Virus record (IMG/VR): IMGVR_UViG_3300034121_001930
Coordinates: 608 to 64,607 of that record
Source of the DNA: a virus
Taxonomy: Duplodnaviria; Caudoviricetes
Direction: 5' to 3' (one strand)
Length of the DNA: 64,000 nucleotides
Part shown: in pieces, positions 25,192-36,900 of the stretch
Position numbering within the stretch: position 1 is the first letter of the stretch
How the letters are laid out: every line of letters begins with the position of its first letter
Program-made: the position numbers and the translations under genes
The notes under the pieces: generated by a model
The model's database searches: none
Told to the model about the DNA's origin: nothing
The model's input: the letters and a program-made list of their open reading frames with translations, nothing else

Positions 25192-25210
25192 CCAATCCGC
25201 ACCAACAACA

Positions 25211-25456
25211 ATGACAACAACAAAAAGCACTGAAAGAATCATAAGCGAGCTCGTGGGCCGCACTATCCGGTACATCGCGCTCGACTCACAGCAAACCAAT
25301 AACGGCGTACGCGTATTTAAAATCGACCAAGTCAACCGAGTTGCGGTTAGCAAAAAAGGCGTGCGCTACGCGGTGGTACGCGCGTGGGATATTGATGACC
25401 GCGGCGAGCAAAAGTTCCGCTCGCTACACTTGGCCGGAATCGACCTCGTAGTCTAA
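25211..25456 (+). CDS. Small WYL/SH3-fold-like protein
   Basis: VRAWDIDDRGEQKFRSLHLAGI resembles the WYL C-terminal FRxFxLxRI motif. Confidence 0.45.
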   Translation: MTTTKSTERIISELVGRTIRYIALDSQQTNNGVRVFKIDQVNRVAVSKKGVRYAVVRAWDIDDRGEQKFRSLHLAGIDLVV

Positions 25457-25477
25457 TCACAAACCAATAGAAAAACA

Positions 25478-26125
25478 ATGAACACAGAAACAGAAACAGA
25501 AACACCAGTGGCCTATTCACGAGGCCGATTCTACAAGGTCAAGGGCCTTCTTGTGAACGCCCCAATCACGGCGGTCTTGCACCGCTCGGTAACGGGTAAA
25601 GGCTGGGCAGTTACGAGCCCCTATTGCGGGCAGGTAATCGCCAAGGGCCCGACCAAGGCCGCGGCCGAGCAAGCCCTGCTCGAGGTGCTCCAGCAGTTCG
25701 GAATCGAACGGGTCCAAGCGGGCATCCAAAGCGCGCCAGCGGCTCCCGATCCGGCAACGCTGGAATCCCCGCCAGCCCCGCAACGACCCGCTCGCGTAGA
25801 CCGCGACCAGATCGGTCAAATAGTCAAAGCCATTGCCGAACGCGCACAGCTTACCGACTCCGAGATCGAGGCCGTGTGGCGCTCGCTGGCCTCTAACGGG
25901 AAGCACGCGGGCCGCCTGCTATCCAAGCCGCCAGTCTTCAGCGTGGACCCGCTGGCCAACGCCGCGTGGAACGGACTACAGCCCAACCCGTGGAAGGTTC
26001 AACCCACCGCAATCCTGTTCGCCAACGGCAACGCTAAAGATTTGCTGAATAAACTTGCCAAGCATGCTTGGCCAGCCTTTCTTGATCGCGACGCCGCGGC
26101 GCTCAAAGCACTAAATGTTTGGTAA
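25478..26125 (+). CDS. Hypothetical early protein (215 aa)
   Basis: ORF preceded by an A/C-rich leader. Confidence 0.7.
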   Translation: MNTETETETPVAYSRGRFYKVKGLLVNAPITAVLHRSVTGKGWAVTSPYCGQVIAKGPTKAAAEQALLEVLQQFGIERVQAGIQSAPAAPDPATLESPPAPQRPARVDRDQIGQIVKAIAERAQLTDSEIEAVWRSLASNGKHAGRLLSKPPVFSVDPLANAAWNGLQPNPWKVQPTAILFANGNAKDLLNKLAKHAWPAFLDRDAAALKALNVW

Positions 26126-26127
26126 TT

Positions 26128-26700
26128 ATGAAAGCAAAAATACAAGCAACCACAGCAATCCTTGTCGGCAAATCTAATGTGAATGGCTGGTGCCCCGTTA
26201 CTGGGGAGCCAGCCAACTCAATCTACCAGTGCTTCCCCACTGGTAGATTGGTGCGCGCGTCCAGCGATGCAAACGCGCTCGAGGCGCACAACAACGAACT
26301 GCCGAACGACACACGAATCCTGTCTCCAGAATCCAGAGTCTCGAAACCAGTCGAGCCCGCGGTCTGGGACAACAAACAAAAAATAGAAACAAAAAAAGTG
26401 AATAACAACATAACACACCTAGTCGCGGTTTCGTGCCGCACGCTACCCGCAACAGACAACTACCCTGCCCGAGTCAAGGTCACCTTACCGCGGTTCCAGA
26501 AAAGTATAACGCTTCCTTGGAACTACGGCGCGTCGCCGGAAGTCTCGGACCAAGTGGCGTTCTGGTTGCAACAGAATAACCTTAAGCACTGCGCGTTCCT
26601 TGACCTGCACGATTTTCATGTGTTGGCCGTGGAATGGGAGCTGGTCCCGCAGCTGCTTGAGTTGTTCAAAAACAAAACACCTAACCGCTACAAAAAATGA
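26128..26700 (+). CDS. Hypothetical protein (possibly two in-frame units)
   Basis: ATG 2 nt after the previous stop; possible internal GTG start near 26398. Confidence 0.55.
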   Translation: MKAKIQATTAILVGKSNVNGWCPVTGEPANSIYQCFPTGRLVRASSDANALEAHNNELPNDTRILSPESRVSKPVEPAVWDNKQKIETKKVNNNITHLVAVSCRTLPATDNYPARVKVTLPRFQKSITLPWNYGASPEVSDQVAFWLQQNNLKHCAFLDLHDFHVLAVEWELVPQLLELFKNKTPNRYKK

Positions 26701-26916
26701 CGCACACAGAACGCAGACTACAGGCGCAGGAAGCCGCTTTTATTTACCTAATAAAAAAGGGGCGCAAGACCTTAAGCAGACCCACTCCTGCGGTGGTTGG
26801 AAGAGACCTATTAATATTCAAAAAGCCATGATTTTAAGCCTAACCATTGTGCTAGTAGTTTTACTAGTGGTTTTGTTTTGCAACGGCCCAAACGACCCCA
26901 ACCCCCCAGCATCATT

Positions 26917-27153
26917 GTGAAAACTATTTACGCGTCTACGTTCAACCCTACCGCTCGAATCGTACATAGCCCCGACGGGGCCGCCGAGATTAGGACCACC
27001 CGCAACTGGTTGTCGTACACCGAAACATTGAGCATGCCAATGTGTGAAAAGTACGGAATAGATTACCACACAATTAGCGAAACCGATGCGCTAAATTTAG
27101 CGCTGGAACTTGCGTATTTGAGCGGTAAAATTAACACCAGCGAAACCCCATGA
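26917..27153 (+). CDS. Hypothetical protein
   Basis: GTGA and ATGA overlaps with its neighbours. Confidence 0.5.
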   Translation: MKTIYASTFNPTARIVHSPDGAAEIRTTRNWLSYTETLSMPMCEKYGIDYHTISETDALNLALELAYLSGKINTSETP

Positions 27154-27347
27154 TAGGCAACACACTAACCACCACCATAACTGGGGACCTCCAGCAGGTC
27201 CCCAGCATTGACCACCTCGTAGATCTTCTGCACATTCAAGACCCCGAATTTATTTTTGTGGACAACCTTGTCGAGGAAGACTACTCTGTACCAACTCCCC
27301 CCACTAACCCCAAAAACGACTACAACTACTATTATGCAAAATATTAA
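27150..27347 (+). CDS. Small acidic hypothetical protein
   Basis: ATGA overlap with the previous gene. Confidence 0.45.
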   Translation: MIGNTLTTTITGDLQQVPSIDHLVDLLHIQDPEFIFVDNLVEEDYSVPTPPTNPKNDYNYYYAKY

Positions 27348-27579
27348 TACCATCGCAAGACTGAACGCGCAAGAGCGTGCCGACCACGAGAATAGCCGCA
27401 ACGGAACCTACTGTGTTCTCCGTCATGGGGGAATCCTCCTCCGCAGCGGAGTCCGCAGTAAGACCTTGGACAACCCCGAAGAAGCCGCTGGTTTCCTCGA
27501 ACAAGTCCGCGGCAAGAATAGCGGTATTATCCGCCAAGTGGTGCAGAGTTTCTTTGCGCCAAATCTCCAGCTAGCCTAA
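27334..27579 (+). CDS. Hypothetical protein (81 aa)
   Basis: MQNINTIARL... Confidence 0.55.
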   Translation: MQNINTIARLNAQERADHENSRNGTYCVLRHGGILLRSGVRSKTLDNPEEAAGFLEQVRGKNSGIIRQVVQSFFAPNLQLA

Positions 27580-27666
27580 ACAAATTATGCCCTTGTTGTA
27601 CCTAACAGTAGCGGCTTCCCTTTTCGGGGTGGCCGCTACAGTTTACGACATTATTATGTCACTGCC

Positions 27667-27930
27667 ATGATTCGTGATACCTGTATCGTTAGTCATTTAT
27701 TCTTTGATCGAACCAACCACGACCGCGTTTGCGTAGAGTTGCACAAGGACTCAGGATTCCTTTATGTGTTCTACAAAACAAAGTTTGGAACAATGCGTAG
27801 CGCAAGCGCCGCGGTTGACCCAGAGGTTTCATCAAAGATCCACCAGCTGTTCGGGTCACTGTATCCTGAGATGCCCGAGCTAGCTACAGAAATGAACGAA
27901 TGGCTACAAGCAACGCTTGAAAGCCGTTAA
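27667..27930 (+). CDS. Hypothetical protein, last gene of the early region
   Basis: 87-aa ORF ending just before the terminator. Confidence 0.6.
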   Translation: MIRDTCIVSHLFFDRTNHDRVCVELHKDSGFLYVFYKTKFGTMRSASAAVDPEVSSKIHQLFGSLYPEMPELATEMNEWLQATLESR

Positions 27931-27933
27931 ACC

Positions 27934-27972
27934 AAAAGCCCCGAGCATTATGTTGCTCGGGGCTTTTTTGTT
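27934..27972. terminator. Bidirectional rho-independent terminator
   Basis: AAAAGCCCCGAGCA-loop-TGCTCGGGGCTTTTTT between convergent genes. Confidence 0.9.
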
Positions 27973-30900
27973 TTATTTTGTGTTTAATTTCAAGTACTGC
28001 GGCCTAGCATACACGGCCTCGTTAAGGTACTTCACACGCGCGGCACCGTTCTCTTCTCCGCCAATGCGCAAGTAGTCCTTGTACGCGTCTTCGCTAGGTT
28101 TAAACCTTTCGACCCGACCATAACGCACGGCGTCCTTAAAGCGGCGCTTGCTAATGCCCACATCGTAGGCTTGGCTTTCCATTTCAGCGTAGCTCATTCC
28201 GAGCTTCTCGAATCCGGCCGCGTACTTGTTGAGCCTTTCGTTAATCGCAATCAATGATGTTTCATAGCGATCATAAACTCCGTCCACGCGTTCCTTGTCT
28301 AGCTGCTCGTAGCTCTTAAGCTCGCCAAGAGTTTCTCTGGCCGCGTCCATTTGTTGTTTAAGGTCACCGAACGCGCGTCTTGCCAGCTGTTCTGTTTTAT
28401 TGGTGTGAACGCGGAACGGTTTGAACTCGTTGACCACAAGGTCAGCGGCCTTCTCGAAGCGTGCGTCCTTGTCGTAAACCCCGCCGTTGGTATAAGCCTC
28501 GTAAGCTTTCCAAAACTGGAACGGGGTGCGAAGCTTGTACGCGTTAGTGGCCACATGCTTCAGGGTCTTGCCGACTTTGGTTCCCCATGAATCGTCCTCC
28601 AACCACAGCGCACCGCCGCGGTCGTCTCTATTCATACCGGCCTGCGCGAAAGCCTCCACTGCAATCTGCGGGCTCAGGAAACTCTTTGCCAAGGACGAAG
28701 CCATGACCCCCGGTATTTTCTCCCAGCGGCCATTGACTGCATGATGAATGCTGCGGCCGACGGCGTCTGTGATTGGACTAAATCCGTTAATGTAGGTGAG
28801 ATCCCATGTTGTTACTGATTTGTCCGCTGGGTCTGATGTAATGAACAAGTTGGAATCGCGTGCCCAAGGCGGCTGAGCAGCCCGAACACCTTCTTCTTCC
28901 TCGTCTTCGACCTCAAACATTTCTTTCAGCAGGGCCGGAGCACCATACCCAAGGACAGAAAGGGTAGTGCCGAGTCCAATTAGTCTGTTACGGCCCCTCG
29001 CCACGAGCACTGGGTTTCCGCTCTTCACTTCGTCTACTCCGAGCTGGATCGTCGCGATTGGAAGGCGGAACATTTCTGCGGTGAAGCGGAAGAAGCTGTT
29101 GAACAGCATGCCAAGCCCGCTGCGTTGGAACTCTTTAGCAATCGGAGCCACACGCTCGCGGCCCTGTGTGGTAAGCCTGACAACACGCGCCGCCTCCTGC
29201 TTAATTTGCTGTGGTGTTAGCGGAACGCTCCTGTACTTGTTAGCTTTGGTCTGCACATCAATTTCGTGCGCCCAGTAAGCGGCCTTGTAGAGCATATCAA
29301 TTTGATCGTTAAGGGTTGCAAGACCATCGACTGTAACCTTCGCGCCCTTCCACGCCTTGGCAAGGAAGTTGCCCGGGGTACCGACCTCTTTGAGCATAGA
29401 CTCAATCTGATTTGTAATCAGTTCAGGGTCGTCAATTGTTCCGCGGATAAAGTCGCGCATAGTTTGTGTAACCATGCTGCCTTCGGAGATTCCCAGCATA
29501 ACCATATCGGCTCCGAGTCCGTCCATGTCGCGGCCGTACACTTGTTTAATACCTTTAAGCGCTGTAACAATGTTGCTAGGCGTAGGAACAAACCCGTTAG
29601 ACGATGCAAAGATTGGAATACTCACAAGGTTGCGGACAAAGAAGCCAGCGCTTCCCAATGTAAGAAACGCCATACTGGCACCAATTGTTCTGCTAGCACC
29701 AAGCTGTACAAAGTCCCAAACCTTTTTAGCATCGCTACCTTCTGGGGCAGGTGCCGGAGCGAACATAGTTTGGAACGCAGAAACAACTTCGGGCTGCGCG
29801 TAGTACTGGGACAGTGGATCGCCGCCGTTGGTGTCTGTGGTGTTTACTAGCGGAGCGTACCCGCGGTACTTAACTGGATCGTTCTCCACATCTTCGGCGG
29901 TTACAAGCCAGTTGTTGTCGAGACCAAGCTTGGTGTACTGCGTGAGCAGTCTCTGGGTACCAAGAAACTGAGCGAGGTTTCCGTAAGTGCGCAGCGCATT
30001 TTCAATTGGGTTCTGTACCTCGCCAAGCAGCACTCGAAGTTCCGGCGGCACTTCACCTTTCTGCATGAATCTTGTAAGATCAGTGCGGCTGGTTGCTCTT
30101 CCAAATACTTTTGGCGTCGCGCTGTGCTTGTCAATAAACTTGTAGAGCTCGCGCGTTCCAACATCTTTGGAGGCCGCTTCAGCTCGCACAAGCGACATGA
30201 CTTCTGAGTCTGTGTACGGCTCGTACGCAACGTCCTTGCGCCACTGCTCGTATGTGTTATCAATCCACTTTTTCTCAAGGAAGTTACGGGCAAGCGCACG
30301 CTGGTGCGCGAACTCGCTGTCCTCCAGTACGCGTTGCGCGTAGCCTTCGTCCTGATGGATGCGGTAGGTGCGGGTAAGGTAGACTCCAAGATTTTGGTCA
30401 ATAATTGCACGAAGCGGATTACCGGAGCCCAGCTCGTCTGAAAGTTCAGAGCTAAGTTTGTCCACGGCCACGCGGAAATTGGCAATGGCAATTGCAGTTT
30501 TCGGGGAGTTCAACTCCAGCCTAAGCTGCGCTTGCTGCTGCGCCTTGCGCACCGGTGCGAGGTTTTGTGCACGCGCGTCTTGGATATCCTTACTGTACTG
30601 GGCCTCGGCCGCGGCAATTGCTGCGTCCCTTTGCTGAATTTCTGGGCTATTTTTTCTATCAGCGCGGGCCTGCTCAACTTCTGCAGTATACTTTTGTTTG
30701 CTGCGATGAGTCCTATAGTTCACACGCGCCGTATTAACGGCGTCCATGTAAGCTTTGTTTGCCGGGGCCCTGTCAAATACATCGTTAGCCTTGTCAATGC
30801 GTGCGCGCTTGGCCGTTTCTGCAGCGTCGCGTTGCGCCGCGCCTACGGTTGGCTCTGTGCTACCGAGCGCCAAGTTAACGTCGTCCAAGTCTGCGTTTGG

Positions 30901-33900
30901 TTCCGACTTAAGTGCGGCTTGGAACGCTTGCGTAAGATCCTTAAGCCGCGCCTTGGCAAGACGCAGCCCACGCTCTTGGTACTTGGCGGCCTCGAACAAG
31001 CGAGGGTCCATGTTTCCACTGGCGCGGAACAAGCGGCTAACTGGTCCACCCGCGTCCCATTCACCGGTGGCGTTGTTAATAAACAGGTCGTCCAAGCTAA
31101 CCGCGTACGCGCTTTCAACGTCCGGGCTCGTAATAGCATACAGGGCCTTGCTGTAGCGCGGGCTCTTGTCTGTCATATAACCAGTGGCGCGCTCAGCAAA
31201 CTCAGCGTTGCGTACGAATACTCGCGGGCCCACCATAATAGCTTCGGACCCACCGACCACGGCGAGCTTACTGCGCACGTCAACGAAGTCGCTGCTGCGC
31301 ACGGGGTTAAAGCCGACCTCGGTCCAGACTTCTGGATCGTTAATGTCTGCGGGCATCTCGGTAATTGTGGAGATGTTACCCTTTACAGTCGCAAGAGGGA
31401 ACTTGCCGGTACCTGCTGCAATATCACGTGCCTCACCTTTTCCGCTAATAGCACGAACCACCATAGTTGGGTTCGTAATCCGAGCAACACTAGTGTACGA
31501 CAACGGCGCTGCTACACGCGTCGCAGTTTCTGCGGCGGGTTGATGAAGTGTAATCGCATATACCGATTCACCAGCAGCTGTAGATCTGTTGTATGTGGGT
31601 ATATCAATACGGGCTTCAACAACAGTTCTATCGGCTACAGCCACGCCAACTTTATCAACTTTGCTAGCGTCTATGTACTGTTTAATTTTATCAATTGCTG
31701 GAGCGTCCGCAGCCCCTTTGACTTCCCACGGATCAAAGAAGCCAACAAGATCGGCGTATTCATCCACGGTAATTTTACCTTCGATCATTCGCACAGCAGC
31801 TACAGCAAGCTCGGGTGCGTTACGCCGAGCCGTCGCCTTGCCCGCGGCTTTCTCTTCTGCTGGCGTTACCGGTGTAAGGTTTGCTAAGCTCTTGGCTATG
31901 CTGGCTGGTGCGGCCAGCGGCAAGCTAGTGTCACCATCCTTTACCTTGGTTACCTTTTGCTTATTGAACAATACACCAGCTTGGTAAGACGTGCTAACAT
32001 AACCCTTGAATCCTGCATCCTTAACCGCTTTCTCGAGCAGTGTAAGTGCAGCGCGGTTGTCGAACCTAGCGTAGCCAGCCTTCTGCAGGGCGTCTGCGTC
32101 CGGGTACAGGTCTAGTGGATCACGGTCCAAGTCGTACAAGGCATCGCCGTTGACCAGCATGCTGTAGCGGTTGACCCCGACCTGAGTCTCGCGGCGGTAC
32201 TTGCCGTATCCGAAATAGGTTCGCGGCATGTAGATGTCTCCGTACTCGCGGCGGCGCTCGAGTTCTTTACCAGCGCCACCATTACCGTGTTCGCTTGGGT
32301 CTGTCTCCTTAAGCTCGGTGGCCTTGGACCAATGGGTTAGCTGGACCATGCGTCCACGGAAAGCCTTGGGCGCGGTGTCGAGCCCGGCCTTGCTAAGCGC
32401 AATGTTCGCGTTAGTGAAGCCATCCTTAAGCGATGTCGGGCTCCACGCGACCAGCTCGAGCACGTCTCCATTGTTGTCCACAATAATGATTCCGTCGTAG
32501 CCGAGCTTCTGACCCATGGTCTGGAACTGCTTACCTATGTAGCCTTTCTCTTCTAGGATCTTCTCGGTCTTTGCTTCGGCCTTGTCTGGGTCCATGCCAA
32601 GAGCTTGGAATATATTGGCTGGATACGCTTGGCTATACTCAAACACCAATGGATTCTGTAGGCTAACATCGAATACCGAAACGCTACCACCGGTAATGCC
32701 TGCTCCGAGGCTACCCTCGCGCGCATACTTCTTCGCTGAGTCAACGCTTGGCGTGACGTAGTAACCAGATCCCAGAGCGCCTTCCTTGCTCGGACGCAGC
32801 GCACCCACACCCTGCTTGTATGTGCCGCCGTGGAATGCTGTTGTGGAGTACGGCTGGCCAGTTGCGACTATGGCTTTGCTGCGCGCAATACTAAGATTAA
32901 CACCCAAGCGGGTCGCAATTCTTGTATCTTCAATTTCAATATCAGTTACCGTAGGCAAGTTCATTGCGTACGTAATGATTTCCGAATCTGTATACAAGCC
33001 CTTGGTTTGTTTCTTAATGCGGTCAAGAGCTTGAGTACGCAGATCAAACTCAGTTCTAAGCTTGTTTCTGAAGGCCGCGTCAAGATCGTACCAAGCCGCA
33101 TCGGTTTCAACCGGTGAGGTAACAATATCCAAGATGTCATTACCGGCCATATCAGTTTCTCTTTGAAGTTTCTTAGAAACTTCTGCGACTGTAGCAAGAT
33201 CTTGCAAAGCTTTCGGCATATCCGAAATTCGCATATATCTTCCTTGAATCACTGGGATCTCTGACGGATGAACTCGCGCGCCCAAGAACTCTTTGGCTGC
33301 TTTGGACCATGTGTTGCGTCGTTCGCTGTTCGCGAACATAGCCTCGTCATCTTGGGTAATTGCACGGCTGCGGGCAATGCCGACCCCGGCCGGGGCCGGA
33401 CCTTCGGTAACGTCGGCCCAGCTTGGGAAACCAAGACCAAGCTCTTCATTGTTGCTATTGGCCACGGCGGTTGCCAAGTCCTTGCCGTTGGTCGCCATTG
33501 CAAACACTGCGGTCTGCGCTTGCTCCAACGTAATCTCGTTGTTCTGGTACCGGGCCCATACGGCGCGCACACCGTTAACGTTTTCAGACTTACTCTTCCA
33601 TCTGGCCGTGAACAACATACGCACGGCTTCCCAAGTAATGCTTTGCACTTGGCGCGGGAGCATTCCGTACTCAGCGGCGACCGCTCTGTACGCTTCTGCG
33701 AATGCTGGGTAAAGACCACCAACGCCGGTAAGGCTGTCGGTGGCGGTGTTTGCGGTTCCAAAGTTCTGGCCGACCTCGCGGCTGTTGCCGCTGAACGCTT
33801 GCCAGAACAGCGCCGCAATGGCGTGGGTGTCCATGGTCACGTGGCCGTCTGCGTTCTGCGGGTCCACAATGTTATTGTAAAAGCTACGAACCTTGTGCTG

Positions 33901-36900
33901 GTCGCCAAGCTCGTCGCTAATAACTTTCATTTGGGTTTCGGACGGCGCGGTAAGAATACTAATAGCCTTGCCAATGCTGCCGTAGGTTCCCCACGCTAGT
34001 TTGATTTCTTTGGTGACGCCCTTGTTATTGGTGCTTGAGCTAGGCGTACCAAAGCGTCCGTCCGGGCTAACGATTGGGAAGCTAGTGGCGTACTTGGTTT
34101 CAGCACGCATGCGTACAAACCAAGCCTGTTGCTCCGGGCTAAGATCCTTGAGCTTTTTACCTTTTAAGGACTGAAGCCGTTCAAACGCTTGCTGCCTTTT
34201 TGCTTTTACTTTTTCGCTGCCCCAGCCGTGGAACAACAGCATGCCGTTCTCGTCTGTGCGGTGCTCGCCGTTTTCGTCAAGGTCCGGTTTGATCCCCTTG
34301 GCATAACCAATGGTCCCGTCCTTGTTCTCCTTAAGCTCTGGCTCACCGCCGCGCATAAGCCAGCGCGCGCTCATTGCGTCGTCCCATTCGTACTCTTGGT
34401 CCGCGGTCCAGATTTCCATTGTCCGCTTGGCCAGCTCGACGTTCATGAACCAGTCCTTTTGTGGACTGAACACGGCAAGCACACCTGCGCTCTGCTCAAG
34501 GGAGTAGTTGTCCCCGGCGAACTGCTGCGCAATAATGTTTGCGCCGTCGTACCAAAGGTTGGCGATGTCGCGGATATCGCTTGGGAAAACATCCATTAGC
34601 GTGCGCAGGTTGCTCTTGGTAACCTCATTTAGTGTGTTGTAAATCTCGTCTGCTTGCTTGGCGATTGGGTGTTTCGGGTCCTTGGCAATCTTGTCAAGCG
34701 TATCGGTGTACGTCTTGAGCGCCTTGCTGCTGTCTGTTCCAAGAACAGCGCCTTCCGCCTCGTACTTTTTAATCTGGTCTAGGTTCTTGTTGAACTCGGC
34801 CAAGGCCTTATTGCGCGCCCTTGCTTCTTTGTTCCCAGCAATAGTACCGGGCTGCTCCTTGGTAACAAATGCGGACTCAGGATTTTCAATTGCGTCCTCC
34901 AGCATTTTGCCGGACACCTTAGCTTTAGGAACACCAAGATAATTAGCGAATGTTTTCTTAGCTGTATCTTTTGCACCCTTAATCTTAATGCCGTTTGCTT
35001 TTGCTTTGTCCTGCGCTTTAAGAACAGCACCACGGATTTTTGCGTATTCTTTGGCGAGCTTCGGGAACTCGCGAGCAACGATTGGGTACTCGAGCAGAAG
35101 CAGCGCGTTCTTGCGGTACGCTTGCGGGTTGCGCTTCAGTGATGCCAGATCCACCAAGTTGCTCGGGTCGGCACCGTCCTCGGTGGCCTTAGCAGATGTT
35201 GGGTTGCGCGTGCCCACAGCCTTGCCAGCCTTGGTTTGCGCGCGAACCTGTACTGGGTCAATATTAACAGCGGCCCGGCTATAACGCACAATTGGTGCTG
35301 GGCTAGCGGCGCGGCTTGCGAGCTGCATGGTTACCGGACTGATATCCAGCGCGTTGAATTTTTCTGGGGCGTCTGGAAGTCCTGCGCCGTCGCGCAGAAG
35401 GTAACGGTAAAGATCCGCCACTCGGTTTTGCGCGGTGGCCAGCCTTTCGTTATCGCCGTTATTTCGCAGCGCAATGTGGTAGTACGCGGACGCGACGAAC
35501 TGTTTGGCCTGCTCTTTAACCTTAAGCAAGTCCTGCAGATCGGAGTTGGTCAGAGTATTGTAGGCGGCCTGCTCAATAACTGAGTCCGGGCTAAGTCCAA
35601 CCTCTTCAAAACTAAGCTGAATGTCTGGACCGTTTGATCCGTTCGCCAAACCAATAGCAACAGCAAGTCTGGTGTCGAGTTCTTGCAGGTCGCCAGCGTC
35701 TTCAACGTCGTAGGCTTCGTAACGGGCTTCGGCCAGAGCTGGGTTAACAGCAAGGCGTCCGTCAACGAACTGCATGGGCTTGTTAATTTCTCGGTCCTCG
35801 ACAACTTGGAACTCGTCCTGAGCTGCTAGACTTCTTGCGATCTTTGTAACAGGAGCGGCTTGCTGGTCGCCCTTGCTGTACTTGATTCCAGAATCCAGAC
35901 TCGTGTCTAGGTCATATTCAACGCGGATTGTTGTTACGTTGCCGTTGGTGTCCAGCAGCGTACTAAAAAAGTTGTCGTCGGCCCCTATTGGTTGGTTAAG
36001 AGACTCGCCAACGCGCGGGCTATACATGCCATCCTTAAAGTACATTCCTGTGTTGGTTACAACGGAGTCCTGTACAAGCTCATTGGCTGCGTCAACCGCG
36101 TCTTGGTCCGTGAGTCCGGGGACAAGGAAGCTATTCTCGCCGCGGTTATACTTGCCAACAATTGGAATTACTTGGTACCCACGGTCCTTCAGCCACTGGG
36201 TAGCCTTCTTGTTGAACTCCTTGTTTTCTCTTTCGGAGAACTGGGTATCATTGGGGTTCTCCCCGGTAAACATACCGAACCTCTGGTTAACAATAATATC
36301 GTTAATCTCTTCGTTGCTAAGGTCCGAGTAACGCAGCGTTTGCACTTGGTGCAGAATCCACTCAAGGTCGTCACGCGAGTGCGGGTTTGGCACGCCAAAC
36401 AGCGGGCCAACTCTGTTCTCGTGGTTAACACCCGCACGGCTGGCGGCCACTTGCGCAACGGTTCTACCGTACGGGTTTTGTCCAAGCGTTTGGTTTGCGT
36501 TTGACAGATCAGTAATAACTTCGGCCAGCTCTTTGTACTGCTTGCTGGCTACTGGTTGCCCGCTAAACAGGCTTGCAATAAGATCAATAAATTTCTGAAC
36601 AAAGTTTCGTTCGCCCTTGGGGCTAAGCTCGACTAGTTGTTTGCGGAACTTGCTGGACCCATAGAAGTGCGCCACCAATTCACGGGCTCCGTCAACATCA
36701 CTAAACGGTTCAGACAAACTAGCGCGACCTTCCAGAGCGTACCGCAAGTCCGGCGGCATGTTGTCGCCGTACTTTGCGTTAGCACGTTCCGCGTACTCAG
36801 CGCGCAGGGACATAAGCCTGTCGCGCACTTGTTGTTCAAACTCGTTTGCCGGGGCTGTTACAACACGATCTGTAACAGCGTGGCCCAGCTCGTGAAGCAA

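Noticed and set aside
22072-25210. Interspersed repeats read as a CRISPR array, integron attC sites or terminators
   Set aside because: The intervals are whole ORFs of variable length. There is no cas operon or integrase and no U-tracts, and the conserved bases match the hammerhead core.
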